Part shown: positions 52,801 through 64,000 of the stretch, piece after piece
How the letters are laid out: every line of letters starts with the position of its first letter
How positions within the stretch are numbered: position 1 is the stretch's first letter
DNA from: Tubulanus polymorphus
Taxonomy: Eukaryota; Animalia; Nemertea
Length of the DNA stretch: 64,000 nt
Direction: 5' to 3'
Assembly (NCBI RefSeq): GCF_964204645.1
Contig: NC_134029.1
Span: forward strand, 124,001 to 188,000
Position numbers and translations under genes: made by a program
Notes under the pieces: model-generated
Seen by the model: the letters and a program-made list of their open reading frames with translations, nothing else
What the model was told of the DNA's origin: nothing
Database searches by the model: none

Positions 52801-55800
52801 GTTTGAGGTGACCACAGTGAAAGGAGAGTAGTTTGAGGTGACCACAGTGAAAGGAGAGTAGTTTGAGGTGACCACAGTGAAAGGAGAGTAGTTTGAGGTG
52901 ACCACAGTGAAAGGAGAGTAGTTTGAGGTGACCACAGTGAAAGGAGAGTAGTTTGATACGACCACAGTGAAAGGAGAGTAGTTTGAGGTGACCACAGTGA
53001 AAGGAGAGTAGTTTGATACGACCAAAGTGAAAGGAGAGTAGTTTGATGTGACCACAGTGAAAGGAGAGTAGTTTGAGGTGACCACAGTGAAAGCAGTGTA
53101 GTTTGAGGTGACCACAGTGAAAGGAGAGTAGTTTGAGGTGACCACAGTGAAAGGAGAGTAGTTTGAGGTGACCACAGTGAAAGGAGAGTAGTTTGAGGTG
53201 ACCACAGTGAAAGGAGAGTAGTTTGAGGTGACCACAGTGAAAGGAGAGTAGTTTGAGGTGACCACAGTGAAAGGAGAGTAGTTTGAGGTGACCACAGTGA
53301 AAGGAGAGTAGTTTGAGGTGACCACAGTGAAAGGAGAGTAGTTTGAGGTGACCACAGTGAAAGGAGAGTAGTTTGAGGTGACCACAGTGAAAGGAGAGTA
53401 GTTTGATACGACCACAGTGAAAGGAGAGTAGTTTGAGGTGACCACAGTGAAAGGAGAGTAGTTTGATACGACCAAAGTGAAAGGAGAGTAGTTTGATACG
53501 ACCAAAGTGAAAGGAGAGTAGTTTGAGGTGACCACAGTGAAAGGAGAGTAGTTTGAGGTGACCACAGTGAAAGGAGAGTAGTTTGATACGACCACAGTGA
53601 AAGGAGAGTAGTTTGAGGTGACCACAGTGAAAGGAGAGTAGTTTGAGGTGACCACAGTGAAAGGAGAGTAGTTTGAGGTGACCACAGTGAAAGGAGAGTA
53701 GTTTGAGGTGACCACAGTGAAAGGAGAGTAGTTTGATATGACCACAGTGAAAGGAGAGTAGTTTGAGGTGACCACAGTGAAAGGAGAGTAGTTTGAGGTG
53801 ACCACAGTGAAAGGAGAGTAGTTTGATGATGTGACCACAGTGAAAGGAGAGTTTACCTGGTTTACACGCTACCGATCGAATACAAACTGCATTGTTTAAC
53901 TGTAAATTAGGTTTACACGATAAACACTGATTATATTCGGGTCCAGAACACGTTTTACAGCGACCATCACAACTAAATACAAAAATACAAATACAAATCA
54001 ATATTACAAACCCCCTTCTCAACGCTGTCCTCAATACTGTAAGGTTTTGTTGATTACAAACCTGAGACATTCAGCTGCTAGTTTATTGCCGTAGAAACCA
54101 GGCGGACAGACAGACACGCAGGTACCGTTAATAAAAAATGCACCTGTCAGACAAGAGATGCAGTTACGATCAGTCGATCCGGTACATTCTTTACATTTAC
54201 TGCTGCACGTGTAACAACTAGATCAATAAACAACAATATAAACAATCACAGTTAGATTGATTACAGCGCCACCTGTGAGGAGAATATAGAACTACACAGC
54301 GCCACCTGTGTGTAGAATATAGAACAACACAGCGCCACCTGTGAGTAGAATATAGAACTACACAGTGCCACCTGTGAATAGAATATAGAACTACACAGCG
54401 CCACCTGTGAGTAGAATATAGAACCACACAGCGCCACCTGTGAGTAGAATATAGAACTACACAGCGCCACCTGTGTGTAGAATATAGAACTATGTACGTA
54501 CCCTCCATTAGCTCCACGGAACTGATTCATTCTACACCGCGTAACACATCTATTCTGATCGAGTGAAGCGCCACCTGGACAACTAGTACATTTATCAGCA
54601 CGATGTCGACACGTCTGGCATGTCGGGTCACACTGTTTACACGTCATAGCAGAGACATCTATCAACAATACATTATACTAAATTATCATCTGAGATTCTC
54701 ATATCTATCTGAGATTCTCTCATATTTATCTGAGATTCTCATATCTACGCGAGATTGACACATCTATCTGAGATTCTCCCATATTTATCTGAGATTCTCA
54801 TATCTACGTGAGATTGACACATCTATCTGAGATTCTCAAATCTATCTGAGATTCTCGAATCTATCTGAGATTCTCATGTTTTCAGTTAATTTCGAGGTTT
54901 AACACGTAATGTTGTTACCTGCGTAATATTCATCAGGACAGGTGGCAGCACATGTACCGAGTTGATCGATGAAATAGAATCCGTCTGCGCACGATGAACA
55001 CTGAGTGCGATCTGGTCCGATACACGTCCAACACGACTGATCACACTGGATACATGACCTCTGTTCCGGGTTACTATAGTAACCAGTATCCGGACACTGT
55101 GACACGCATCGACTATATAAACAATCAAATATCAATCAATAATCTAATCACTAAACTGCGGCAGCGGATTACGGATTGCGGATCAGTTTTTTACCCGTTT
55201 GTTCGAATTCTAAAATGTCTACAATCAACGCACTCATCAGCTGAGGGACCATGGCAACCACTTAAACATTCTACATTACATTTCTACAACAATCAAAACA
55301 GTTTTAAACAATAAACCATCGGTCGTTAATCCTGTCGGTCAGTCAGTACGCCAGCCAGCGCACCGGTCACTCAGTCCGCCAGTCAGCCGACCGGTCAGTC
55401 AGTACGCCAGTCAGCCCACTGGTCAGTCAGTACGCCAGCCAGCCGACCGGTCAGTCAGTACGCCAGCCAGCGCACCAAACACTCAGTCCGCCAGCCAGCG
55501 CACCGGACACTCAGTGCGCCAGCCAGCCGACCGGTCAGTCAGTCCGCCAGCCAGCCGACCGGTCAGTCAGTCCGCCAGCCAGCCCACCAGACAGTCAGTA
55601 CGCCAGCCAGCGCACCGGTCACTCAGTCCGCCAGTCAGCCGACCGGTCAGTCAGTACGCCAGCCAACCCACCAGACAGTAAGTCCGCCAGCCAGCCGACC
55701 GGTCAGTCAGTGCGCCAGCCAGCCCACTGGTCAGTCAGTACGCCAGCCAGCCCACCGGTCAGTCAGTCCGCCAGCCAGCCCACCAGACAGTCAGTACGCC

Positions 55801-58800
55801 AGCCAGCGCACCGGTCACTCAGTCCGCCAGCCAGCCGACCGGTCAGTCAGTGCGCCAGCCAGCCGACCGGTCAGTCAGTGCGCCAGCCAGCCCACCGGTC
55901 AGTCAGTCCGCCAGCCAGCCGACCGGTCAGTCAGTCTGTCTGATACTTACCAGTTGATCGTTTCCATAGTAATCAGGATCAGTAGTTTGATCGAAGTAAT
56001 CAGAATCGTATTGTGTTGTTGGATTCATCTCCGTTCGTTCAGTAACTCGACTATTTTTAGAGCGGCCATTTTTATGATGCATGCTGGTATGTTTAGTAAC
56101 TGGATTATGCTCTGTTCCGTACATGATGATCTGCCATTCTAACAATTCACCTAGAAATACAATCAAAACTTCTCTGAATTAAAATCTGAAAACAGCTGCG
56201 CCACCTATAATCAGTGATACGTACCGTTATTACTCATACTGCCAGTATTCTGTATAGTAAGCGTCCACTTGCCGCTCGGGTTTTCCCCCCAATATTGCAC
56301 GGACATCAGCGGCCATCTATCGAATTCTCCAGCCTGCGTGTCGTGTTTCCGTGGTACCAATAGCGTCGATTCAGTTCCGTTCGGTGACAACAATAGAATC
56401 TTTAACGCTCCCCGGCGACTGTATCTTAGCGACAGCTTCAACTGAACGTGTTCTAAAAAGCGCACCGTACTATCGGCTCGATCGTGACAACCATTCGTTT
56501 CTATAGATACAGCTATTCCTCCACCCTCTATTAGTCTATTAATTACAGAAAATTACTCTCAATACTTTTAAATCTAATGGTTTTAATTGTTGTGAAAACG
56601 ATAGTAACTATAGTAACGGACAAACCTGTGAGTATTATCGGTGACGGATGAACAGACGTGTTGAGGAGGGACAGTCGACCAAACCTCAGCGAGGTCTACC
56701 ATAGCGCTAGCATCCATTAAACCATAACCATACTTTAAACTCACTAAACGACAATTCACAATCAGTTTGAATTCACAGTGAATGAAATTCAGTAGTTTTA
56801 ATAGTTTATAATAAATGTACCTTTTCTACCGACTCCATTTATAATCCATTCGCCATCGATCATAGGAGCAGGATTAGCAGTTAGTACGACTATATGCTGT
56901 AAATCTCTCCATGTTAAAGAAGGACTGAAATGATAACATGGAATAAACACCGCGATGAATCTCACAATGAATCTCACAATGAATCTCACACTGAATCTCA
57001 CAATGAATCTCACAATGAATCTCACAATGAATCTCACAATGAATCTCACAATGAATCTCACAATGAATCTCACAATGATTCAGCTGATTCTCTATGTTAC
57101 AGTTTATACAAACTTACTTTGCCTCTAAAGCTAAAGCACAAATTCCCGCAGCAAGAGGAGCTGAAGCCGAGGTTCCTGTATGACTCTCTGTACACTGATT
57201 ACGTAAATCTGTCGTCACCTAAATATACATGATTACAGGAGTAACAGGGGACCTGATTATAGGAGTAACAGGGGACCTGATTACAGGAGTAACAGGGGAC
57301 CTGATTATAGGAGTAACAGGGGACCTGATTACAGGAGTAACAGGGGACCTGATTACAGGAGTAACAGGGGACCTGATTACAGGAGTAACAGGGGACCTGA
57401 TTACAGGAGTAACAGGGGACCTGATTATAGGAGTAACAGGGGACCTGATTACAGGAGTAACAGGGGACCTGATTACAGGAGTAACAGGGGACCTGATTAT
57501 AGGAGTAACAGGGGACCTGATTACAGGAGTAACAGGGGACCTGATTATAGGAGTAACAGGGGACCTGATTACAGGAGTAACAGGGGACCTGATTACAGGA
57601 GTAACAGGGGACCTGATTACAGGAGTAACAGGGGACCTGATTACAGGAGTAACAGGGGACCTGATTACAGGAGTAACAGGGGACCTGATTATAGGAGTAA
57701 CAGGGGACCTGATTACAGGAGTAACAGGGGACCTGATTATAGGAGTAACAGGGGACCTGATTACAGGAGTAACAGGGGACCTGATTACAGGAGTAACAGG
57801 GGACCTGATTACAGGAGTAACAGGGGACCTGATTATAGGAGTAACAGGGGACCTGATTACAGGAGTAACAGGGGACCTGATTACAGGAGTAACAGGGCAC
57901 CTGATTACAGGAGTAACAGGGCACCTGATTACAGGAGTAACAGGGGACCTGATTATAGGAGTAACAGGGGACCTGATTACAGGAGTAACAGGGGACCTGA
58001 TTATAGGAGTAACAGGGGACCTGATTACAGGAGTAACAGGGGACCTGATTACAGGAGTAACAGGGGACCTGATTACAGGAGTAACAGGGGACCTGATTAC
58101 AGGAGTAACAGGGGACCTGATTACAGGAGTAACAGGGGACCTGATTACAGGGTATCTACCTGAGGTACAGCACAGGCACACAGTAACAGGGTATCTACCT
58201 CAGGTATGGCACAGGCACACAGTAACAGGGGACCTGATTATAGGGTATCTACCTCAGGTATGGCACAGGCACACAGTAACAGGGGACCTGGGGCGCAGAT
58301 GCTCAAAATTTGGTCACAGTTAAGAAGTGACATAGTGACTACTGAGATTGTTGGTCCAGCTAGTAGGTAACTTTAACCAACCCAACTGATGAGCCAATGG
58401 CTCTACTAGCAGGTATTGTGATAACTGGCTCTTCTAGCAGGTATTGTGATAAAATCATCTAAATGAACCTTTACTGTTCTAATGTGAAGTTTAGACTGTG
58501 ATATAGAGATCATCTTATTCCCTTATTTTACAAACTGAATAAATCACGAATTGAAACATGAAATCTTACAATTTGTCGTTCCTTGATGGGTAGATTTTCT
58601 CCACTACTGTAAGTTGTCGCTAGTGTTGATGAACACTCTTCGAGATACCAGGGTTTTTTATTATTTTCCGATACGCTACTGATCGATAGGGTATACACAC
58701 TATTAGTGTATCCATCACAGTTACATGAATCATCGTTATTACCACCATTACCTGACGCCCAAACAAATATAGATCCTTTACCGTTACGACCCTACAACAA

Positions 58801-61800
58801 CAACAAGATAACAACAACACGCTGTTTGTATCACATCATATCAATAGATGTATCTCTCTGCTGGACTGGATATGTATCTCATAATCTCGTTACAACATTA
58901 GTATTTCTGAAGATGACTCTGAAGGACTCAGAGTGTTTCATCAATGGTTATTGTGTACTGTATTTAAAGCAGGAGGATCAATTTTTCCAACATTTTTACG
59001 GTTGTTCATTTAACTTGTTCAACTATAAGAAGAGGTTAAGACTCCAGTTCCACAGTTGTGAATTAAGAGTTAACTCAATCAGGGGTGGATCCTAGCACTA
59101 TTCCACTGTATTCCAGAATATAGCCAGAAAAATATGAATAACAACATATTTTCTACAAGTACCTAATCTACCAGGTCCAGAATGCCTTTAAATACAAGGG
59201 AAAAGAGTGAATTTTTTCTTGGGGAGGAACCCAAACCCCCCTTTAATGAGCTCCGCCGCCGGCATATCATCGTGCAATAATTTGTAGGAATATAGTTATA
59301 TTGAATACAGAATTGTGTAATTGGATCGCGAACATTCGCAATCTTCAGTAAACATATCATACCTTCTTAGCTCCTTCCTGAAAAGCTTTTTTAGCGAGTG
59401 CAGCTGGACCATCTACAACTTTCCCATTATCATCCGGTCCCCAACTAGCTGAATATATATCTATATGTTGTCTGTTTAAACTGAGAGATGAAGCTTCTAC
59501 GACGTCACTGACATCACCATCTAACATACGAACTCCTGGAAATATTATTCATCATCGGTTTTATTATTATTGTTCTGTTCATGACGTTTACTATCAAAAC
59601 TTAAACTCATTTATCAGAGTCAAAACTAACCAAATTTATCCGTCAAAACTGCATAATACACCAGATTTAATCTGATCATAGATATATATTGTCAAATCTA
59701 AATATTCATCATGTAGTTTTGACTGTACACCCACACCCTATAGTCTGACATTTGACTTCATCCCCCCTGATGAAGTTCTCTAACTTCTAGTATTAGACAC
59801 TAGTCAGGTGTAGACACTAAGAGTGTGTAAATAAAACCTGTTTAATCAAATACTTCGATCCAAATGACTTCATCAAATACAGAATGCGTAACCGTGATAT
59901 TTCATCGAGAGATTTTTGCGTGGTTTTTATTTTTAAGGATGTGAACATCTTAGAACGGTAAGTAGAGTCTGAGGGCAGTAAGAGAGGGGAGGGGAGAGGG
60001 GGAGAGGGGGAGAGGAGAGGGGAGAGAGAGGGGGAGAGGGGGAGGGGAGAGGGGGAGAGGAGAGGGGGAGGGGAGAGGGGGAGAGGAAAGCAGGTTTGAT
60101 ATAATATTTATGGAATATGGATTATGGAATAAACCCAGGTACAGACTGAGAGTAAATAATAAATATCTAATGGAGATTGATTGAGATTATAGGAGTAATG
60201 GTACAAGGAATGATAGTAACTACGACTCCCGGAGTAACGCTATGGGTGACACTAACTACTGACGGGTAGTTACTACTCCCGGAGTAATACTATGGGTGAC
60301 ACTAACTACTGACAGGTCATCTTCAAATGTCAGAGATATTTCATTGTACAATACGTGATGCTTAATTCAGATTTATAGCAGCAGAAAGAGACAGTCAGCC
60401 CTCCCCCTCCTCTCCCCTCCCCCTCCCCCCTCCCTCCAGCCGTTATCACAATACCCCTGGGTCAGAGATATTTCACTGTCATACATCATATTTCAGATGT
60501 TGTGTCCTTGTAAAACAAACTGCCCCCAGCATACAATATATACATAAATAAATAACAGAGAAAGTGAGACAGAGAGAAAAGAGGAGACATTTTGACGGTT
60601 CAGTGCCCCCCCCTCAAACCGCGTACCTCCTATTCTAGCGTTATACGCTACACCTACACCACATTTATTGTTATTAGCGATAGCGGAAACTTCTCCAGCG
60701 CAACGAGTTCCATGTCTGAAATAAATATACAGTTTAATCAATTCATTGTCATTCTATATACAAGGCCGGATCATAGGCTATAGATCACTGTAAGATTATC
60801 TCTCACCATTTCTATTTTCTGAATATAATTTTGAAATGTTTAAACTGCTGTTGGATGACGTAGGGTTTTACTGGATTCATTGATTCTATTTCTGATAAAT
60901 ATTTCATCTATTTGAAAAGGTCTTAGTTTTATTCTTAAATTTGTTTTTCTCCAAAAAATAAATCGATTGTTTTTGTAACTCACGAAGCCGAATTGAAATA
61001 GTTTAAAAGCGTCGAGTATAAATAATTCACAACTAATTAAACGGCACCGATAATTAGACAATACTGAAAACGGCACTGATAATTAGTCAATATTGAAAAC
61101 GGCATTGATAATTAGACAATACTGAAAACGGCATTGATAATTAGACAATATTGAAAACGGCACTGATAACTAGACAATATTGAAAATGGCACTGATAATT
61201 AAAGAATATCCGATAGTAATTAATGACCGTCACCAGACAGACCCCCCATCAGCCATTACCGGTATTCTAGTGAGACCTACGAATAATTGAATTTAGTTTC
61301 ATTTATAAGAGATGAAAGTACAAGCCTTAAAGGTACCATTAACCGAGTCAGTATCAGTCTGCAGGTGAAGCATTAAAACTGCCGACAGCGGCATCCATTT
61401 ACCAGCGGCCGGCTTTTAGCTATTCATTCTATTATTTCGTATCGAATTTGTAACGCAGTATAAACACTATATATTCTATATAACAAACAAAAAAACACCT
61501 GAAAACCATAAAAAAATGTCGAGGTTTATATCATATTGTATTTATATAAAATAATCAGATTCATCCTTAACCAGAAACTAAAACCGAGCAGCAGGGAGAG
61601 AGAATTCATACCACAATCAGTTACTGAAAACATCAAAAACATTAATGTGATTAGTGAGTGGACACTGAGTGGATGAGTGGAAGAAGTGGATGGAGTGGGA
61701 ACTCGTGTGATTAATGTTTTATCATATAAAGCACTGAGTAGGATTTATAGCTCACTATCACACACATAGTTAAATAGACCGGTAACATTTATACCATACT

Positions 61801-63733
61801 AGGAGAGTATGTAGGGTGTATAAACCAGGAATTATTTTTACGAAGAAAACCTTCTCATTTTCACTTTCTACAAAGTTATAAACCGGTTATTCGTTCCTGG
61901 ACATTTATTGTCTGTTTCGAGATTTATGTTAGTTTGAAATGGAAAGTGAAATCGTAAATATTTTTTCAACAACTGATTTTAATGGTCTCCGTGGCTGCAC
62001 ACACACACATCGTAGTCAGCCGTGTTTTAAATTAAAACACGCTGAAATTTTCAACCAGAAAAACGTGACACGTAAAACATTTGAACGTCAGAAAAAATAT
62101 TCTTAAAAGAGTGAACAACATAAAGGCATAGACAATGAGTGTGGAGCTGGTGATTGTCCCGACAGCTCGCCGGTGATTGTCCCGACAGCTCGACGGTGAT
62201 TGTCCCGACAGCTCGCCGGTGATTGTCCCGACAGCTCACAGATACACAAACACACGTAACATTGTATTTTAATATCAAATATAAATTTTACCGGTTTTCG
62301 TTTTTATCGTCGTATCTTGGCATCGGATCATTATCATTATCATTGATATCATAACTCGCCTCAGGGTCCTACAAATATATATACAACACATGTATTAACA
62401 CCTGTACACCTAAACCACACTTACTAAACACCCACACTTACTAAACACCCACACTTACTAAACACCCACACTTACTGAACACCCACACTTACTAAACACC
62501 CACACTTACTGAACACCCACACTTTACGCTCAAGCGGTGGATGTTTGTAAGCTGGTGATTGCAGGCTGAAAGGGGGTGCTGGTTACAGGCTGCAGGTTCA
62601 TACAGACATAGTCTGGGCCCACGGACGCATAATCAAGATATAATCTACAGTACTGGATGGGCTGGTGATGGGCTGGTGATGGACACGTGATGGGCTGATG
62701 GGCTGGTGATGGGTTAGCGACAGGTTTTAATTAGTGTCAGATTGGTTTTTGGAATTGAAGAATATGTTTTGAGTTCAGTCTCTTCATCGCGACACCAGAT
62801 ACCGGTATCAGATATTATCAGTAATGAAATATCTAAAGCTTGACATTTTAAAACAAGAAATGACTTTGTTGTTGTTGTGTGGGTTTTTGTATTGTGTGTC
62901 ACTTAAGAATGATAGCAAAAAAGATCCCTGAATAATTTCAGCTCAAATTTCTTCATGCAGAACATGAGAAACCTGATACACGTTTCCGCAATAGAGTCTG
63001 TTATTAAATACCACAATCAAAACAACCACAGAGAGGAAAGATTGTCATAGCGGAAATAGGTGAAAACCTGATGTGTACTCATTAGAATTCCCACACCTCT
63101 CCCCCTCTCTACCCCCTCTCTACCCCCTCTCTACCCCCTCTCCCTCCCCCTCTCCCTCCCCTCTCTACCCCCTCTCTCTCTTCCACCCCCTCTCCCTCCC
63201 CTCTCTACCCCCTCTCTACCCCCTCTCGCTCTCTCCTCCCCCTCTCCCTCTCCCCTCTCCCTCTTCCCCCCTCTCCCTCTCTCTACCCCCTCTCCCTCTC
63301 CCTCCCCCTCTCCCTCCCCTCTCTACCCCCTCTCTCTCTCTTCCACCCCCTCTCCCTCCCCTCTCTACCCCCTCTCGCTCTCTCCTCCCCCTCTCCCTCT
63401 CCCTCTTCCTCCCCCTCTCCCTCTCTCTACCCCCTCTCCCTCTCCCTCCCCCTCTCCCTCCCCCTCTCCCTCCCCTCTCTACCCCCTCTCGCTCTCTCCT
63501 CCCCCTCTCCCTCTCCCCTCTCCCTCTTCCTCCCCCTCTCTCTACCCCCTCTCCCTCTCTCTCCCCTCTCTCTTCCTACCCTCTCTACACTACTCACATA
63601 ATTAATGTATAGATCTGTGTGATTGTGCTCGAGTCCATCGTCTAATAGAGTTACTACGACTCCCTTGCCAGTGTAGCCTTTAGCCCAGGCAGGTTTAACG
63701 TTCATATCATAACCACTGTTACCACCACCGTGC
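49813..63733 (-). CDS. PCSK5: Furin-2 / PCSK5-like proprotein convertase with long Cys-rich domain, transmembrane helix and acidic tail; 5' end outside the window
   Basis: Subtilase triad motifs VVTLLDDG (63597-63733), [10 protein letters not shown] (60626-60714), HTGTSASAP (about 57117-57217); oxyanion WASGNGG; LTWRDLQH; P-domain [16 protein letters not shown]; many furin-like CxxCxxxCxxC exons; TM helix then YQAL and an acidic cluster. Exact orthology (Fur2, PCSK5 or PCSK6) is uncertain. Confidence 0.88.
51630..53854. repeat. 30-bp minisatellite (gtttgaggtgaccacagtgaaaggagagta), about 74 copies, filling one convertase intron
   Basis: Directly visible. Confidence 0.97.
54263..54491. repeat. 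33-bp minisatellite (cacagcgccacctgtgagtagaatatagaacta), about 7 copies
   Basis: Directly visible; fills a convertase intron. Confidence 0.9.
55336..55935. repeat. About 27-28-bp minisatellite (cagtcagtacgccagccagccgaccggt)
   Basis: Directly visible. Confidence 0.9.
56955..57078. repeat. 12-bp tandem repeat (gaatctcacaat)
   Basis: Directly visible. Confidence 0.95.
57230..58290. repeat. 24-bp minisatellite (gattacaggagtaacaggggacct), about 38 copies plus a degenerate tail
   Basis: Directly visible. Confidence 0.97.
63094..63587. repeat. CT-rich low-complexity tract (similar tract at 43920-44275)
   Basis: Directly visible. Confidence 0.9.
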
Positions 63734-64000
63734 TAGAATTATAATCAAATACATCATCAACTTCAACTTCAACATCACACAATATACAATTTATACAATG
63801 TTTTCCAAGTAAACCATCGTGGATCTGTGTTCTAAAATCCTACAATAAGATGAAGGAGTTTAAATGAAACACTATCTACGTTTCCTTGAGTTTATCAAAT
63901 ATCGATATCATTAAAACATTGAATAAATGAGATGATATTTCATGGTATGAGATGAATTCTCATGTAAATTATCTAATTATCATCATTTATTATCAAATTA

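Noticed and set aside
51630-53854. CRISPR-like regular 30-bp repeats with variable positions
   Set aside because: Units are contiguous, with only a 4-nt variable patch drawn from a few recurring variants. No unique spacers, no cas genes, and the context is a eukaryotic intron.

Overview
AT-rich, gene-dense eukaryotic (metazoan, probably marine invertebrate) DNA with many short introns, several of them swollen by minisatellites. Most long ORFs in the supplied track are repeat artefacts. Genes reconstructed by hand from splice sites, left to right: a GALNT-type glycosyltransferase first exon (-), SDAD1 with an intronless CDS (-), a multi-exon but apparently non-coding transcript (-), a five-exon UFM1 (-), a three-exon gene for a viral-tegument-like (VTD / peptidase C76-like) cysteine protease (+), two intact but diverged PEX11 copies (-), COG1 (+) and a long furin-2/PCSK5-like convertase (-) that runs off the right edge. 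The PEX11 pair comes from a tandem duplication that also left truncated COG1 and VTD fragments. The strongest candidate for new biology is the VTD-like protease. It has an intact Gln/Cys/Asp-x-His site and a duplicated first exon encoding an N-myristoylation plus di-Cys motif, shows no Helitron Rep/helicase in the window, and sits head-to-head with a UFM1 whose C-terminal pro-peptide is unusually long. All family assignments are by motif recognition only; no searches were run.
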